Assembly (NCBI GenBank): GCA_041690135.1
Contig: JAWLHY010000008.1
Coordinates: 224,001 to 288,000, forward strand
From: Armatimonadota bacterium
Lineage (GTDB): Bacteria; Armatimonadota; SYMT01
Direction: 5' to 3'
Length of the DNA stretch: 64,000 nucleotides
Part shown: positions 8,623 to 17,924 of the stretch, in pieces
How positions within the stretch are numbered: position 1 is the stretch's first letter
Layout: each line of letters opens with the position of its first letter
Notes under the pieces: generated by a model
Seen by the model: only the letters and a program-made list of their open reading frames with translations
Databases searched by the model: none
Told to the model about the DNA's origin: nothing
Made by a program: the position numbers and the translations under genes

Positions 8623-9651
8623 ATGGACGGAACAGAGATTTCACAGTTGACGGTAGAGGCCTCGGAGGTGGGGGAGCGCCTTGACCGGGTGATCCAGGCG
8701 GCGCTGCCGCAGCTGTCGCGGACGGCGGTCCAGCGGATGATCGCGGACGGGCTCGTGCGGGTGCAAGGAAAGCCGGGGAAACCGGGGCAAAAGCTGCGGC
8801 GCGGGGAAGTGGTGGAGTGGGAGGCCCCGCCCGCGGAAGCCGCGCCGGATACCCACGCGCCGGAGGCGATCCCGCTGGACGTAGTGTTTGAGGACGACGA
8901 CCTCCTGGTGATCGACAAGCCGAAGGGGCTGGTAGTCCACCCGGCGCCGGGGCATGCTACCGGCACGTTGGTGAACGCGGTGCTGGCCCACGCGGGGGAG
9001 GACCTTACCGGGATCGGCGGCGTGGAGCGGCCTGGGATCGTCCACCGGCTGGACCAGGACACCTCCGGCCTGATGGTGGTCGCCAAGTCCGAGCGGGCAT
9101 ACCAGTCACTGCAGGCGCAGATCCAGGAGCGAACCGCCGAGCGGCGCTACCTGGCGCTGGTCCGGGGCTCGGCGCGGTTCGAAAGGGCGAGCGTGGATGC
9201 GCCAATCGGGCGGCATCCCACGGACCGGAAACGGATGGCAGTACTTCCCCGGGGCAGTGCCCACACGCACCGGGAGGCGCGGACCGACCTGCGTGTGCTG
9301 GATCGCCTGCCCGGGTTCACCTTTCTGGAAGCGCGGCTGCAGACGGGCCGCACCCACCAGATCCGCGTCCACTGTGCCTACATCCGCCTCCCCGTGGTGG
9401 GGGACCAGACTTACGGTCCCAAGCAGCCAGAGCGGGATCCCCACCTCTCCGCGGAGGTGAAGGCGGCGATCCGCAATCTCCAGGGCCAGGCGCTCCACGC
9501 CTACCGGCTCTCCTTCAACCACCCGGTCACCGGCGAGCGGATGCAGTTCCTCCGCCCGCCCTCCGCCGACTTCCAGGCCCTTCTCGAGGTGCTGGGCGTC
9601 CGCTGGGAACCCAAAGAAGACGACCCATGGCCGGAGGACCTTTCGGATTAG
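8623..9651 (+). CDS. rluD: RluA-family 23S rRNA pseudouridine synthase with S4 domain
   Basis: S4 domain, DKPKGLVVHPAPG, RPGIVHRLDQDTSG, TGRTHQIRVH, QALHA. Confidence 0.9.
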   Translation: MDGTEISQLTVEASEVGERLDRVIQAALPQLSRTAVQRMIADGLVRVQGKPGKPGQKLRRGEVVEWEAPPAEAAPDTHAPEAIPLDVVFEDDDLLVIDKPKGLVVHPAPGHATGTLVNAVLAHAGEDLTGIGGVERPGIVHRLDQDTSGLMVVAKSERAYQSLQAQIQERTAERRYLALVRGSARFERASVDAPIGRHPTDRKRMAVLPRGSAHTHREARTDLRVLDRLPGFTFLEARLQTGRTHQIRVHCAYIRLPVVGDQTYGPKQPERDPHLSAEVKAAIRNLQGQALHAYRLSFNHPVTGERMQFLRPPSADFQALLEVLGVRWEPKEDDPWPEDLSD

Positions 9652-9701
9652 GATTAGGATCATGATGAAGATAAGGATAAGGAAGAGGCAAGGATAAGGA
9701 G
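9642..9701 (+). repeat. Hexamer-period GATTAG/GATAAG tract overlapping the rluD stop
   Basis: GGATTAGGATTAGGATCATGATGAAGATAAGGATAAGG... Confidence 0.65.
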
Positions 9702-9838
9702 TGGTGGATAGGACGGCCTGGGATACCCACGAAGCGGACGACGGGGTGCCTGGCCTGGAGGCACCAGGGAGGTCCCCCTGGTCACCGCATCTGCCCAAGT
9801 TCACGCACACGCTCCTCGATCCGTCCCTCTGCTTCCCT

Positions 9839-9878
9839 CTCCGTGGTCTTCTCCGTGTCTCCGTGACTCGGTGGTGGA
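9839..9878 (+). repeat. CTCCGTG-N-CTCCGTGTCTCCGTGACTCGGTGGTG repeat, copy 1
   Basis: Near-identical to 10111-10150 and 11118-11157. Confidence 0.75.
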
Positions 9879-9889
9879 AGTCCCCGCAC

Positions 9890-9920
9890 AAAAAAGCCCC
9901 GTCCCGGTTGGGGACGGGGC
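9890..9920 (-). terminator. Rho-independent terminator
   Basis: On the minus strand GCCCCGTCCC-caacc-GGGACGGGGC followed by TTTTTT. Confidence 0.85.
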
Positions 9921-10062
9921 AGTTAACGCCACTCTCCAGTATCCAAACGCCCAAGAGGAGACCGAGAACATTTCCCGTCCTCATGGATAAGGACCCACGC
10001 GGAATCCAACCGGTTCCCGAGATTTCCCCGTCCGATTTCGTGCCGTGACCAACTGGCACCAG
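9890..10062 (-). ncRNA. Candidate unclassified structured small RNA
   Basis: TATCAT -10 at 10073-10068, 5' hairpin GTGCC/GGCAC, long irregular stem, own terminator, no convincing ORF. Confidence 0.35.
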
Positions 10063-10110
10063 GTCATATGATACTTCCCGCCCTCCACCATCCACCTTCC
10101 GCTCTCCCCT

Positions 10111-10150
10111 CTCCGTGACCTACTCCGTGTCTTCGTGACGCAGTGGTGAA
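10111..10150 (+). repeat. CTCCGTG repeat, copy 2
   Basis: CTCCGTGACCTACTCCGTGTCTTCGTGACGCAGTGGTGAA, just past the sanA stop. Confidence 0.7.
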
Positions 10151-10157
10151 AACAAAA

Positions 10158-10904
10158 TCAGCGGGTAGGCATCTCGTTCACGAAGAGGGGCTCGCGGGGG
10201 CCGAGGTACTTGGACTGGCGGCGGAGGAAGGCCACGTCGATCACAGCGGCGGCGCGGGCGAGGGCTTCCCGGATCCGGGTGCTGCGGAGGGCATCCGGCG
10301 CCATGCCGACCCGGGAGGAGTAACCCACGGCATCGATCCCCAGGTTGCGGGCCGTGTAGATAGCGCGCGGTAGATGGAACGCCTGGGTGACGAGGACGGC
10401 GCGGTCGACCGCGAAGATCTCCCTGGCCCGGTAGCAGCTATCGTAGGTCCGAAAGCCGGCGTAGTCCCGCACCACATCCTCGGCCGGGACCCCAAGGCTT
10501 ACGGCGTGGCGCTTCATGGCGGTCACCTCGTCGTAGTCGCTGCGGCCGTTGTCGCCGGTCATCAGCAGTTTCCGGACCTTGCCCGCCTGGTAAAGGGACA
10601 CTCCGGCTTCTACCCGGTGCCGCAGGACCGGCGAGAGCCCGCCGCCGGGGTAGACCCGCGCGCCGAACACGATCGCCACGGGGCGCTCCGGGACCGCCTC
10701 CAACTCCGGGTAGCAGAGGGCATCCGTGGTGGCAAGCATCCAGCGGTCCGCCGCCGCGATGAACGCCACCCCGGCCACAGCCAGCGCGCACAGGCACAGG
10801 GCCGCAGTACGAAGCTTGCGCCCGCGGGGGCGGGGAGAGTGCCTCACGGTATCGGGTGGGGCCAGGGCGGGGGAAGCGGCGGATGGTGCGTGCAGGTCCA
10901 GCAT
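10158..10904 (-). CDS. sanA: SanA/ElyC/YdcF (DUF218) family envelope protein
   Basis: AIVFGA, LLMTGDN..YDEVTAM, DYAGFRTYDSCYRA, VTQAFHLPRA; N-terminal TM. Confidence 0.85.
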   Translation of the reverse strand: MLDLHAPSAASPALAPPDTVRHSPRPRGRKLRTAALCLCALAVAGVAFIAAADRWMLATTDALCYPELEAVPERPVAIVFGARVYPGGGLSPVLRHRVEAGVSLYQAGKVRKLLMTGDNGRSDYDEVTAMKRHAVSLGVPAEDVVRDYAGFRTYDSCYRAREIFAVDRAVLVTQAFHLPRAIYTARNLGIDAVGYSSRVGMAPDALRSTRIREALARAAAVIDVAFLRRQSKYLGPREPLFVNEMPTR

Positions 10905-11117
10905 GGAATCCTCCGGGCAGATGAATCCATAGTCGGCAAGCGGGCGCCGAATCCCTGGGAAAGTACAGGCGCCGTAAGGCCGGAGAAAATGCGTAGGCGG
11001 CCTCGCGTAGGCTAGCCGTGCAGTTCCTCAATTACTCAAATGCCCGCAGGCACCATCTGGTTGGCGAAGAGGCGGCAGGGGATTTCCCCTCCACCCCTCA
11101 CTCGCCACTCTTCCCCG

Positions 11118-11157
11118 CTCCGTGGTTTTCTCCGTGTCTCAGTGCCTCGGTGGTGAA
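11118..11157 (+). repeat. CTCCGTG repeat, copy 3
   Basis: CTCCGTGGTTTTCTCCGTGTCTCAGTGCCTCGGTGGTGAA, just past the aminopeptidase stop. Confidence 0.75.
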
Positions 11158-11162
11158 CACCC

Positions 11163-12281
11163 CTACCCCCCGAAGGCGTCCGGGTTGAGGCACCGGAGGT
11201 CGTCCGTGACGAAGAGGCCGTCTTTGCGGACGAGCTCGCCGTCGAAGTAGATCTCGCCTCCGCCGTATTCGGGGCGCTGGATGAGCACCATGTCCCAATG
11301 GACTTCGCTGCGGTTACCGTTGTCGGCAATCTCGTAGGCGTTTCCGGGCGTGAAGTGGATGCTGCCGGCGATCTTCTCATCGAAGAGGGTGTCCCGCATG
11401 GGGTGGAGGATGTGGGGATGGAATCCGAGGCTGAACTCGCCCACGTAGCGAGCCCCCTCGTCGGAGTCGAGGATGGCATTCAGCGAAGGCGTATCGGAGG
11501 CCGACGCCTCCACGATGCGGCCGTTCTCCAGGGTGAGACGGATGTTCTCGAAGGTCTTTCCCTGATAAACCGTGACTGTATTGAAAGAGATGGCGCCGTT
11601 TACCTGGTCCCGTTGCGGCGCCGTGAAACACTCGCCGTCGGGGATGTTGCGGTCGCCGGTGCAGGGGATCACGGGGATCTCACCTTTGTTCATGGTGAGA
11701 TCGGTGCCGGGACCCACCAGACGGATCTGCCGGGTCCGCTCCATCCGCTGCTTCAGGAATTGGACGGCGCGCTCCATCTTGCCGTAATCAAAGCAGCAAA
11801 CGCGGAAGTAGAAGTCCTCGAACAGGTCGGTGCTCATCGCCGCCGATTGGGCCATGGAGGGAGTCGGCCAGCGCAGTACGACCCAGCGCGTGTGGCTGCA
11901 GCGCTGGTCGCTGTGCACCGGGCGCCACCAGTGCCGCTGGTACAGACCCATCCGCTCCGCCGGCACATCCGAGAGTTCGGTGGCGTTGGGCCCCCCGCGG
12001 AGCCCAATGTAGGCATCCATCTTCTTCATGCGCGCCAGCTCAAACCCGCCGATCAACTTCATCTGCTCCTCGGTCGCGTTTCGGTAGAGCTCGCGGAGCA
12101 CCCGGTTGTGACGGGTCTCGACCACGGGTGATGCGCCCGCTTCCGCTAGCGAACGGACGATGCAAGCCGTGGCTTCCGGAGGGATATCGAAGGCTTCGAG
12201 GAGCACCTTATCGCCCGGACGGATCTTGAGGGAGTGGCGGATCAGTACATCGGCAAGCTGCTGGATACGAGGGTCGAGCAT
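11163..12281 (-). CDS. M29 family aminopeptidase (AmpS/AmpT-like)
   Basis: NIPDGECFTAP, DEGARYVGE, LFDEKIAGSIH, NRSEVHWD. Confidence 0.93.
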   Translation of the reverse strand: MLDPRIQQLADVLIRHSLKIRPGDKVLLEAFDIPPEATACIVRSLAEAGASPVVETRHNRVLRELYRNATEEQMKLIGGFELARMKKMDAYIGLRGGPNATELSDVPAERMGLYQRHWWRPVHSDQRCSHTRWVVLRWPTPSMAQSAAMSTDLFEDFYFRVCCFDYGKMERAVQFLKQRMERTRQIRLVGPGTDLTMNKGEIPVIPCTGDRNIPDGECFTAPQRDQVNGAISFNTVTVYQGKTFENIRLTLENGRIVEASASDTPSLNAILDSDEGARYVGEFSLGFHPHILHPMRDTLFDEKIAGSIHFTPGNAYEIADNGNRSEVHWDMVLIQRPEYGGGEIYFDGELVRKDGLFVTDDLRCLNPDAFGG

Positions 12282-12621
12282 GGGCTTCCTTCTTTCGAGC
12301 GAGAACTGGCTTCAGTGTACGGCCCGGAGGCCGTTATTGCAAAGCCAGGTCTCCGTTCGATCCCCATTCCCCGCAGGAAGGTGACCGGCGGCACGCAGTC
12401 CATCCGGGTCCTCCAGGGGCCTCCCCGGCGAGCGGCATTTCATTGCGAGATTGTGGAGCCTGTCGGTAAGCGTAACGCGCGATATCCCCCGAGCGTTACA
12501 TTGAGCAGATAAGCAAACGCGGCTCTCTCGCCCCTCAGCCGAGAGAGCCGCGAAATACCCGCAGGCCGGGTTCGCCGCAGAGCTGCGCCCCGAATCCCCT
12601 GACCAGAAAGTAGGGAAGAGA

Positions 12622-13110
12622 ATGCAACCAACGCTTGCCCCACATCGATTAGCTTCCACGGGCGCCCTGGTATTCAGCCTGGGGATCGCCTTCACCTGCT
12701 TCCAGAGCAGGCCCGTGGACGCCGCGCGTCGACGGCCGCTGCCGGAGATCGGCGGAGCCTATTTCGGTTCGTTCAACGGAGATAACGGCGACTTTTGGCC
12801 GGCGGACTTTAATGTCACCATGCAGAGCCGCAGTCGCATTGGCGGGTCCTTGCAGGTGGGCGGGCGTTATCGCGATATCTATTTCAAAGGCACGTTGCGC
12901 CCCGCGAACGGAGCCTATGCTCTCCAGTTGACCGGTCGCGGCGGTGCTGGCCGTCAGGACCTGCGGATCACCATCCGGGCTACCTACTCGCCACCTTCTG
13001 CCGACGATCCCGCCCAGGTGGGCACCATCTCCGGTGCGTACACGGCTCGCGGACAGGTTCGTGAGCGCGGCACGTTCACCGTGCGCGGGGGCATCCAGCG
13101 GAACCGTTGA
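12622..13110 (+). CDS. Hypothetical secreted basic beta-strand protein
   Basis: Signal-peptide-like N-terminus, Gly/Arg-rich beta pattern, purine-rich RBS. Confidence 0.65.
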   Translation: MQPTLAPHRLASTGALVFSLGIAFTCFQSRPVDAARRRPLPEIGGAYFGSFNGDNGDFWPADFNVTMQSRSRIGGSLQVGGRYRDIYFKGTLRPANGAYALQLTGRGGAGRQDLRITIRATYSPPSADDPAQVGTISGAYTARGQVRERGTFTVRGGIQRNR

Positions 13111-13207
13111 GTTCTGGTAAGCTGGCCGAGGAAGCCACCCCGCCGGGGATAGAATTGCCTGACGGCCGCAAGAAGGTGCGTGGTCGTCGGGCAGAGGAGA
13201 TACGGCG

Positions 13208-14104
13208 GTGTTGTGGAGATTGGGTACGGTTCCCTATCTGAATGCGGAGCCGCTGACGGCGGCCCTCCGGGAGCCGGATGCGGCGTTGCTGGTTGGGGAT
13301 GCGGTCCGGATCGAGGCGCTGGTGCCTTCGCAGCTCATCGGCGCCCTGCTGGAGCGGCAAGTTGATGCGGCCCTGGTATCGACGGCTGCCGTGTTGCCGC
13401 ACCGCGAACTGCGAATCCTGCCGGGTATGTGCGTGGGATCGCGGGGCCCGGTCCGCAGCATCCAGCTCTACTGCCGCCGGCCTGTGGCCGAGGTGCGAAC
13501 GGTGGCACTGGACGCGAGCAGTCGCAGCGCCGTGGCGCTTACGCGGGTGCTCTTTGCCGAGCGCTGGCGCCGCGCGCCGGAGTTCATTACCCTGCCGCCG
13601 CACCTACCGAGCATGCTGGAAGCCGCGGATGCGGCGTTGCTGATCGGCGATCCGGCACTCCAGGCGAACCTGGTGCTGGACACCGGCGCATGGGCGGGGC
13701 CTTCGGTGGACCGGTTGGACCTGGGAGCGGTCTGGCAGGAGCTAACCGGCCGGCCCTTTGTGTATGCCGTGTGGGCCGCCCCCGCGGACGTGGATCTCGA
13801 ACGCCTTGCCCAGATGCTCACGAGAGCGAAGGCGTGGGGCATGCAGCGGCTGGGGCTGCTGGCCACGCGCGGCGCCCAGGAGAAGGAGCTTCCGCGGGAC
13901 GTGACGTGGAAGTACCTCACGGAGGCTATCCACTACCACCTGGATGCGGAGGCCTGTAGAGGGGCTGAGCTGTTCTGCGACCTGGCAGTGCGCCACGGAG
14001 TCCTGCCCGCCCCATCTGCGGTCCGGTTCGCGGAGATCAGCGATCTTGCCGGGGCCGGCGCGAGGATCCCAGCAGAGTGCCAAGCGCCAACGCCAGGCAC
14101 GTAA
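13208..14104 (+). CDS. mqnA: Chorismate dehydratase (futalosine menaquinone pathway)
   Basis: VPYLNAEPL, GPVRSI, SSRSAVAL, LLIGDPAL, DLGAVWQELTGRPFVYAVW. Confidence 0.88.
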   Translation: MLWRLGTVPYLNAEPLTAALREPDAALLVGDAVRIEALVPSQLIGALLERQVDAALVSTAAVLPHRELRILPGMCVGSRGPVRSIQLYCRRPVAEVRTVALDASSRSAVALTRVLFAERWRRAPEFITLPPHLPSMLEAADAALLIGDPALQANLVLDTGAWAGPSVDRLDLGAVWQELTGRPFVYAVWAAPADVDLERLAQMLTRAKAWGMQRLGLLATRGAQEKELPRDVTWKYLTEAIHYHLDAEACRGAELFCDLAVRHGVLPAPSAVRFAEISDLAGAGARIPAECQAPTPGT

Positions 14105-16643
14105 GCGTCAGGAAAAGCCCCACGCGGAACGATTCCGGCCGGTACCGCCACTCCACCTGGGAGTTACCGGCCGGTACTGGGACTGCCTGAAAGCCGATGT
14201 TCGCGCGCACCACCGGAACGGAGGTTACCGGCTCCCCTTCGCGGTGCACGGTCGCTTTCCAGCCCGGGGCATACCCCTCGGCCAGCACGAGCAGCGCCGG
14301 ATCGGGTGTACTTACCGACGCGGAGATCCTGCCGGGAGCGACACGTTCGAGCCGGACCTCGGTAGTAGCGGTCGCAGAACCCGGAGGCGTTGCTTCCAGG
14401 CGTCGAGTCGAGCCGGGAGCCAGCGCCGCAACCCGGCGGGGAGCGGATTCGGGACGACTCAAGTAGGCCGCTGCGTCCGCGTCGGTAAGTTCTTCCCAGC
14501 CCGCAGCCACGTAGGCTTCCGGAAGCGCGCGCGGGTCGCGGTAGAGGAAGGGTCCATCCGGTCCCTGGCGAGCGACCAATTCCAGCCTGGGTATCTTCAA
14601 TTCCGTACGGCTGACGACCCACCCGGCACCAAAGAACGGCAGGAGCGGCGACCCCGCGTGTTTGAGGAAGAGAATGTTGCCGTTAGCCGCGGGGCTGGCA
14701 CTCGGCTCGGGACGGTTAACGGCATCCGCGAGGCTACGGTAGGTCCCCAGCAGCAGGGAGTCGTATCCCTGGATGCCGCGGTATCCGTAGGCAATGGCCG
14801 CGTTAGGGGGCAGGAGCGCCTGGGGCTGACGAAGGATGTCCCACTGCTGATTGAGGACGGCCACCCGACCCGGCGCGCTTCGCAATTGGTCGGTGAGCGG
14901 AGTGGCGGGATAGGCCAATTCCGGGCTGGAGAGCAGGTTGTAGGAGCCCCCCACGAGGAGCAATCCACCCGCGACCAGGAGCCCCGCCGCGGTCCCGAAG
15001 ACAGCCGTACGGTGATGGGGCTTGTTCTCCCGGAAGAGCCAGGCCAGCAACCCCAGCAGAAACCCGGTCAGCGCGGCGTACACGAGAGCGCGGACCAGTG
15101 CCGGCTGCGCGACCTGCTCCGTTTGCCGCTCGAGTTCGCCCGGCAGCAGACCGAGCGACACGAGTTGCTGCTGCGCCAGGAGGTGGAAGATCAGGATCAG
15201 GCCGATGGTGAGAGCGGTAGCCGCCGTCGCTGGCGCGAGGATAGATTGCCACCGCACCTCGACGCGCCGGAGGAGAACCTCTGCCCCCAGGGCCGCCAAC
15301 AGGGCCTGGGCGAGACAGAACAGTACCAGCGCGCGAGCGGGTGAACCGGATTGGGAGAAGCCGGGAACGTAAAAGTACAGAAGGCGCGCGAGAGGGGACC
15401 CTACCGCGAGGAGCAGTGAGAAAACCGCAAGCAGCGCCAACAGTCCGGTGCGCCCGTCGATCCGGCGCCCCTGCCACAGCCCTATCAACGCCAGGATGAA
15501 GGCACCCGCGCCGACGTGGCCCGCATATTCCATTACGTTCGGCGGGCCGTAGTTCCAGTAGCCCCAGAAGTCGTTCCTTACCGGCAGGCCGTAGTAATCC
15601 GGTACCAGCAAAGTGATCCAGTTCTGGAGGGGCAGGGCCAGCTTGACATACTCCTGAAAGCCCGCCGGTGTGGGCCCGGCCGCACGGTGCGACATCCGGC
15701 TGAGCTCTAAAGAGGGGAGAAACTGCGCGGCGGCAATTCCCAGGCCGAGTCCCACAACCAGGATCCCCAACCCCACGTTTGGCCAGAAACGGTGCGGTAA
15801 GCGTTCTCCCACCGTGGATACGGGGTCGCCTTTCCGCACTGCGGCGACGGTCTCCCACACCCAAAGGAGGCCAAGCGCCATCAGCCCGTAGAAGGCGATC
15901 TGCAGATGGCCGGCGAGCAGCATCATCCCGGCACTCAGTCCGCCAGCCGCAGCCCATCCCCATGAGCGCCGGCGGAGCGCTCGGGAAAGGCAGAGCAGGG
16001 CAAGTGGCAGCCAACAAGACACGGAGATGAAACTGGGTAACTCCAGCCACGCCACCGCGAACCCGGAAAGCTGGAAGGCGACCCCGCCGACAGCGGCTGC
16101 CAGGGGCCGAGCTCCCAGTTCACGGGCCAACAGGTAGGCGAAAGTCCCGGCCAGAGTCAGGTGGAGGAACGCCAACCAGCCCATCCGCACCGCCACCGTT
16201 TGCGGGTCTCCCGCATCCGGAGGCAGGTACAGCAGTAGGTGTAAGGGATAGAGCGGCGCCGACTGGCTATTGGCCAGGAAAGGGGTACCGCCGAGTACGT
16301 GCGGATCCCAGAGGGGAATCCGGCCCTCCGCAAAACTGCGCGCAGCGAACAGGCGCCACGGGAAGAATTCCGCCATGCCGTCCCACTGGAGAACGTTCCA
16401 CTGGGGCACCGCCTCCCGAGCCGCCTGGGAAAAGGCCGCGCTCCAGGGCTGAAAGTTCTTGAGATACTCGGCCGGAAGCAGCACTTTACCGCCAACGAGG
16501 ACTTCCCACAGCAAGAGGAAACTCAAGAGCGGAAAGACCGGGAGGACCAGGAGGCTGCGGAGAGGGGAGTGGCGGGCGGGCGAAGATGCCTCGGGGGCAG
16601 CCGGAGGAGCCACTTCAAGGTTGTCGGCGGACGCACCGTGCAC
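14037..16643 (-). CDS. YfhO-family polytopic membrane protein (GT-C-like glycosyltransferase)
   Basis: GRIPLWDPHVLGGTPFLAN...LYP, LAGHLQ, AAQFLP, IQGYDSL, C-terminal EGYAPGWKA...YRP. Confidence 0.85.
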   Translation of the reverse strand: MHGASADNLEVAPPAAPEASSPARHSPLRSLLVLPVFPLLSFLLLWEVLVGGKVLLPAEYLKNFQPWSAAFSQAAREAVPQWNVLQWDGMAEFFPWRLFAARSFAEGRIPLWDPHVLGGTPFLANSQSAPLYPLHLLLYLPPDAGDPQTVAVRMGWLAFLHLTLAGTFAYLLARELGARPLAAAVGGVAFQLSGFAVAWLELPSFISVSCWLPLALLCLSRALRRRSWGWAAAGGLSAGMMLLAGHLQIAFYGLMALGLLWVWETVAAVRKGDPVSTVGERLPHRFWPNVGLGILVVGLGLGIAAAQFLPSLELSRMSHRAAGPTPAGFQEYVKLALPLQNWITLLVPDYYGLPVRNDFWGYWNYGPPNVMEYAGHVGAGAFILALIGLWQGRRIDGRTGLLALLAVFSLLLAVGSPLARLLYFYVPGFSQSGSPARALVLFCLAQALLAALGAEVLLRRVEVRWQSILAPATAATALTIGLILIFHLLAQQQLVSLGLLPGELERQTEQVAQPALVRALVYAALTGFLLGLLAWLFRENKPHHRTAVFGTAAGLLVAGGLLLVGGSYNLLSSPELAYPATPLTDQLRSAPGRVAVLNQQWDILRQPQALLPPNAAIAYGYRGIQGYDSLLLGTYRSLADAVNRPEPSASPAANGNILFLKHAGSPLLPFFGAGWVVSRTELKIPRLELVARQGPDGPFLYRDPRALPEAYVAAGWEELTDADAAAYLSRPESAPRRVAALAPGSTRRLEATPPGSATATTEVRLERVAPGRISASVSTPDPALLVLAEGYAPGWKATVHREGEPVTSVPVVRANIGFQAVPVPAGNSQVEWRYRPESFRVGLFLTLTCLALALGTLLGSSRRPRQDR

Positions 16644-16649
16644 CAGGGG

Positions 16650-17177
16650 CTAGCTCTTAAACGTCCACAGCTTGTTGGCCGTGAAGTTCCAGAACACCAC
16701 GATCACCACCGCCACCGCAAAAGCGATCAGCGCCTCGGGGCCCTTGTAACCCGCGGGTTTCCCCGCGGTCAGCATCCGGTTCACCACGAAGAGGATCGTC
16801 TGGTTCAGCGTCAATCCGACGATGTTGACGGCCACAAAACGGGCGTACTGGACCTTCGCCAGGGTGGGATCCGTCTGGCGGAACGTCCACCGGCTATTCC
16901 AGAAGAAACCATTCGTCACCGCGAGGGAGAAGCCGGCCAGCGAAGCGACTTGAAGATAGACATCGTTCGCTACGCAAAACGCCTGGAGAGCCGGCCAGGG
17001 TGCAAGGAAGCTTTTGAGGGCCGAATCCAGGTGAGCCCCGTACACCAGGTACGAGAAGATGCTGGTGCTTATGACCGTGCTGCTGGCCCCGACGATACAA
17101 AACTTAACGAACTGCCGGAACGCCTGGCTGTGCAGCACGCTCTGTACGAGCCCGTGGGTCACTTGCATTACACTCAT
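16650..17177 (-). CDS. GtrA-family flippase-like protein
   Basis: QFVKFCIVG, NGFFWNSRWTF, WNFTANKLWTF. Confidence 0.88.
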   Translation of the reverse strand: MSVMQVTHGLVQSVLHSQAFRQFVKFCIVGASSTVISTSIFSYLVYGAHLDSALKSFLAPWPALQAFCVANDVYLQVASLAGFSLAVTNGFFWNSRWTFRQTDPTLAKVQYARFVAVNIVGLTLNQTILFVVNRMLTAGKPAGYKGPEALIAFAVAVVIVVFWNFTANKLWTFKS

Positions 17178-17183
17178 AGTTCC

Positions 17184-17855
17184 TCACGCGCGGGTGGCGG
17201 GACGGGTGATCAGGGGGAAGCGGCCATTCACCACAAAACCCACGCGAGAATATAGTCGGTAAGCGTGCTCGTTATCAAGCGTTACCGCCAGACTCACTCT
17301 CTCGAAGCCTGCTTCGCGGTAACGCCAGAGACATTCCAGCAGCAAACTGGCGCCGGTCCCGCCCCGGTGTTCCGGGAGAACGGCCAGGTTGCCGATGAAC
17401 CCCTCCCGAGGACTCCGCACCGAGGCCATGATATCCCCACAAACCTGCCCCTGGTGCATGAGCATCAGGGTGCGTTCCGAATCGAAACGTCCGAACTTTC
17501 CGGCAATCGCCTCCCGCCACATCCGTTCGCAGCCCACGGGGGAGGAAAAATACTGCCAGTAGAGGCGGGCGTCCAGGGTGCCGCGATATGCCTGGTAGTC
17601 GAGTTGCGCTACTTCACGCAACAATGCCGGCTGCCACGACACTATCTCATACTCCGCCGGAAGGGAAGGACGTTCCACCAGCCGGGATAGTTCCAGGGTC
17701 ATGCCCGCACGCCAGCGGTAGAGCACGCCCACTCTCTCTAACGTGCGGCTCACGATGGGCCAACTGAGAAGGAACATCTTCCCATCCGAGGCCGGATCGA
17801 CAACTTCCAGTGGCCGGTACCACCTGTACCACAACAAGTGCGGGCCGGTCCGCAA
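17184..17855 (-). CDS. GNAT-family acetyltransferase
   Basis: LAVLPEHRGGTG motif A, LAVTLDNEHAYRLYSRVGF. Start uncertain. Confidence 0.8.
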   Translation of the reverse strand: MRTGPHLLWYRWYRPLEVVDPASDGKMFLLSWPIVSRTLERVGVLYRWRAGMTLELSRLVERPSLPAEYEIVSWQPALLREVAQLDYQAYRGTLDARLYWQYFSSPVGCERMWREAIAGKFGRFDSERTLMLMHQGQVCGDIMASVRSPREGFIGNLAVLPEHRGGTGASLLLECLWRYREAGFERVSLAVTLDNEHAYRLYSRVGFVVNGRFPLITRPATRA

Positions 17856-17924
17856 CCCCCCTGCGAGTGGTGGCCGCGCGTCCGCGCGGGGCTTAACGGA
17901 TGACGATGGAGGGAGGAATGCCCC

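Noticed and set aside
9990-10062. Cobalamin riboswitch or tRNA resemblance (GGTGCC...GGGAACCGGTTGGATTCCG)
   Set aside because: No GCCACTG or B12 box, no downstream gene, no cloverleaf or CCA end.
9106-10095. 329-aa minus-strand ORF with a hydrophobic FLILIFIMILILI stretch
   Set aside because: Runs through a terminator, repeats and antisense rluD; the hydrophobic run is the GATTAG tract translated.
9839-11157. CRISPR array
   Set aside because: Repeat copies are degenerate and separated by whole genes; no cas genes.
12320-12375. tRNA-Cys-like fragment (TTGCAAA...GTTCGATCC)
   Set aside because: Acceptor, D and T stems do not pair.
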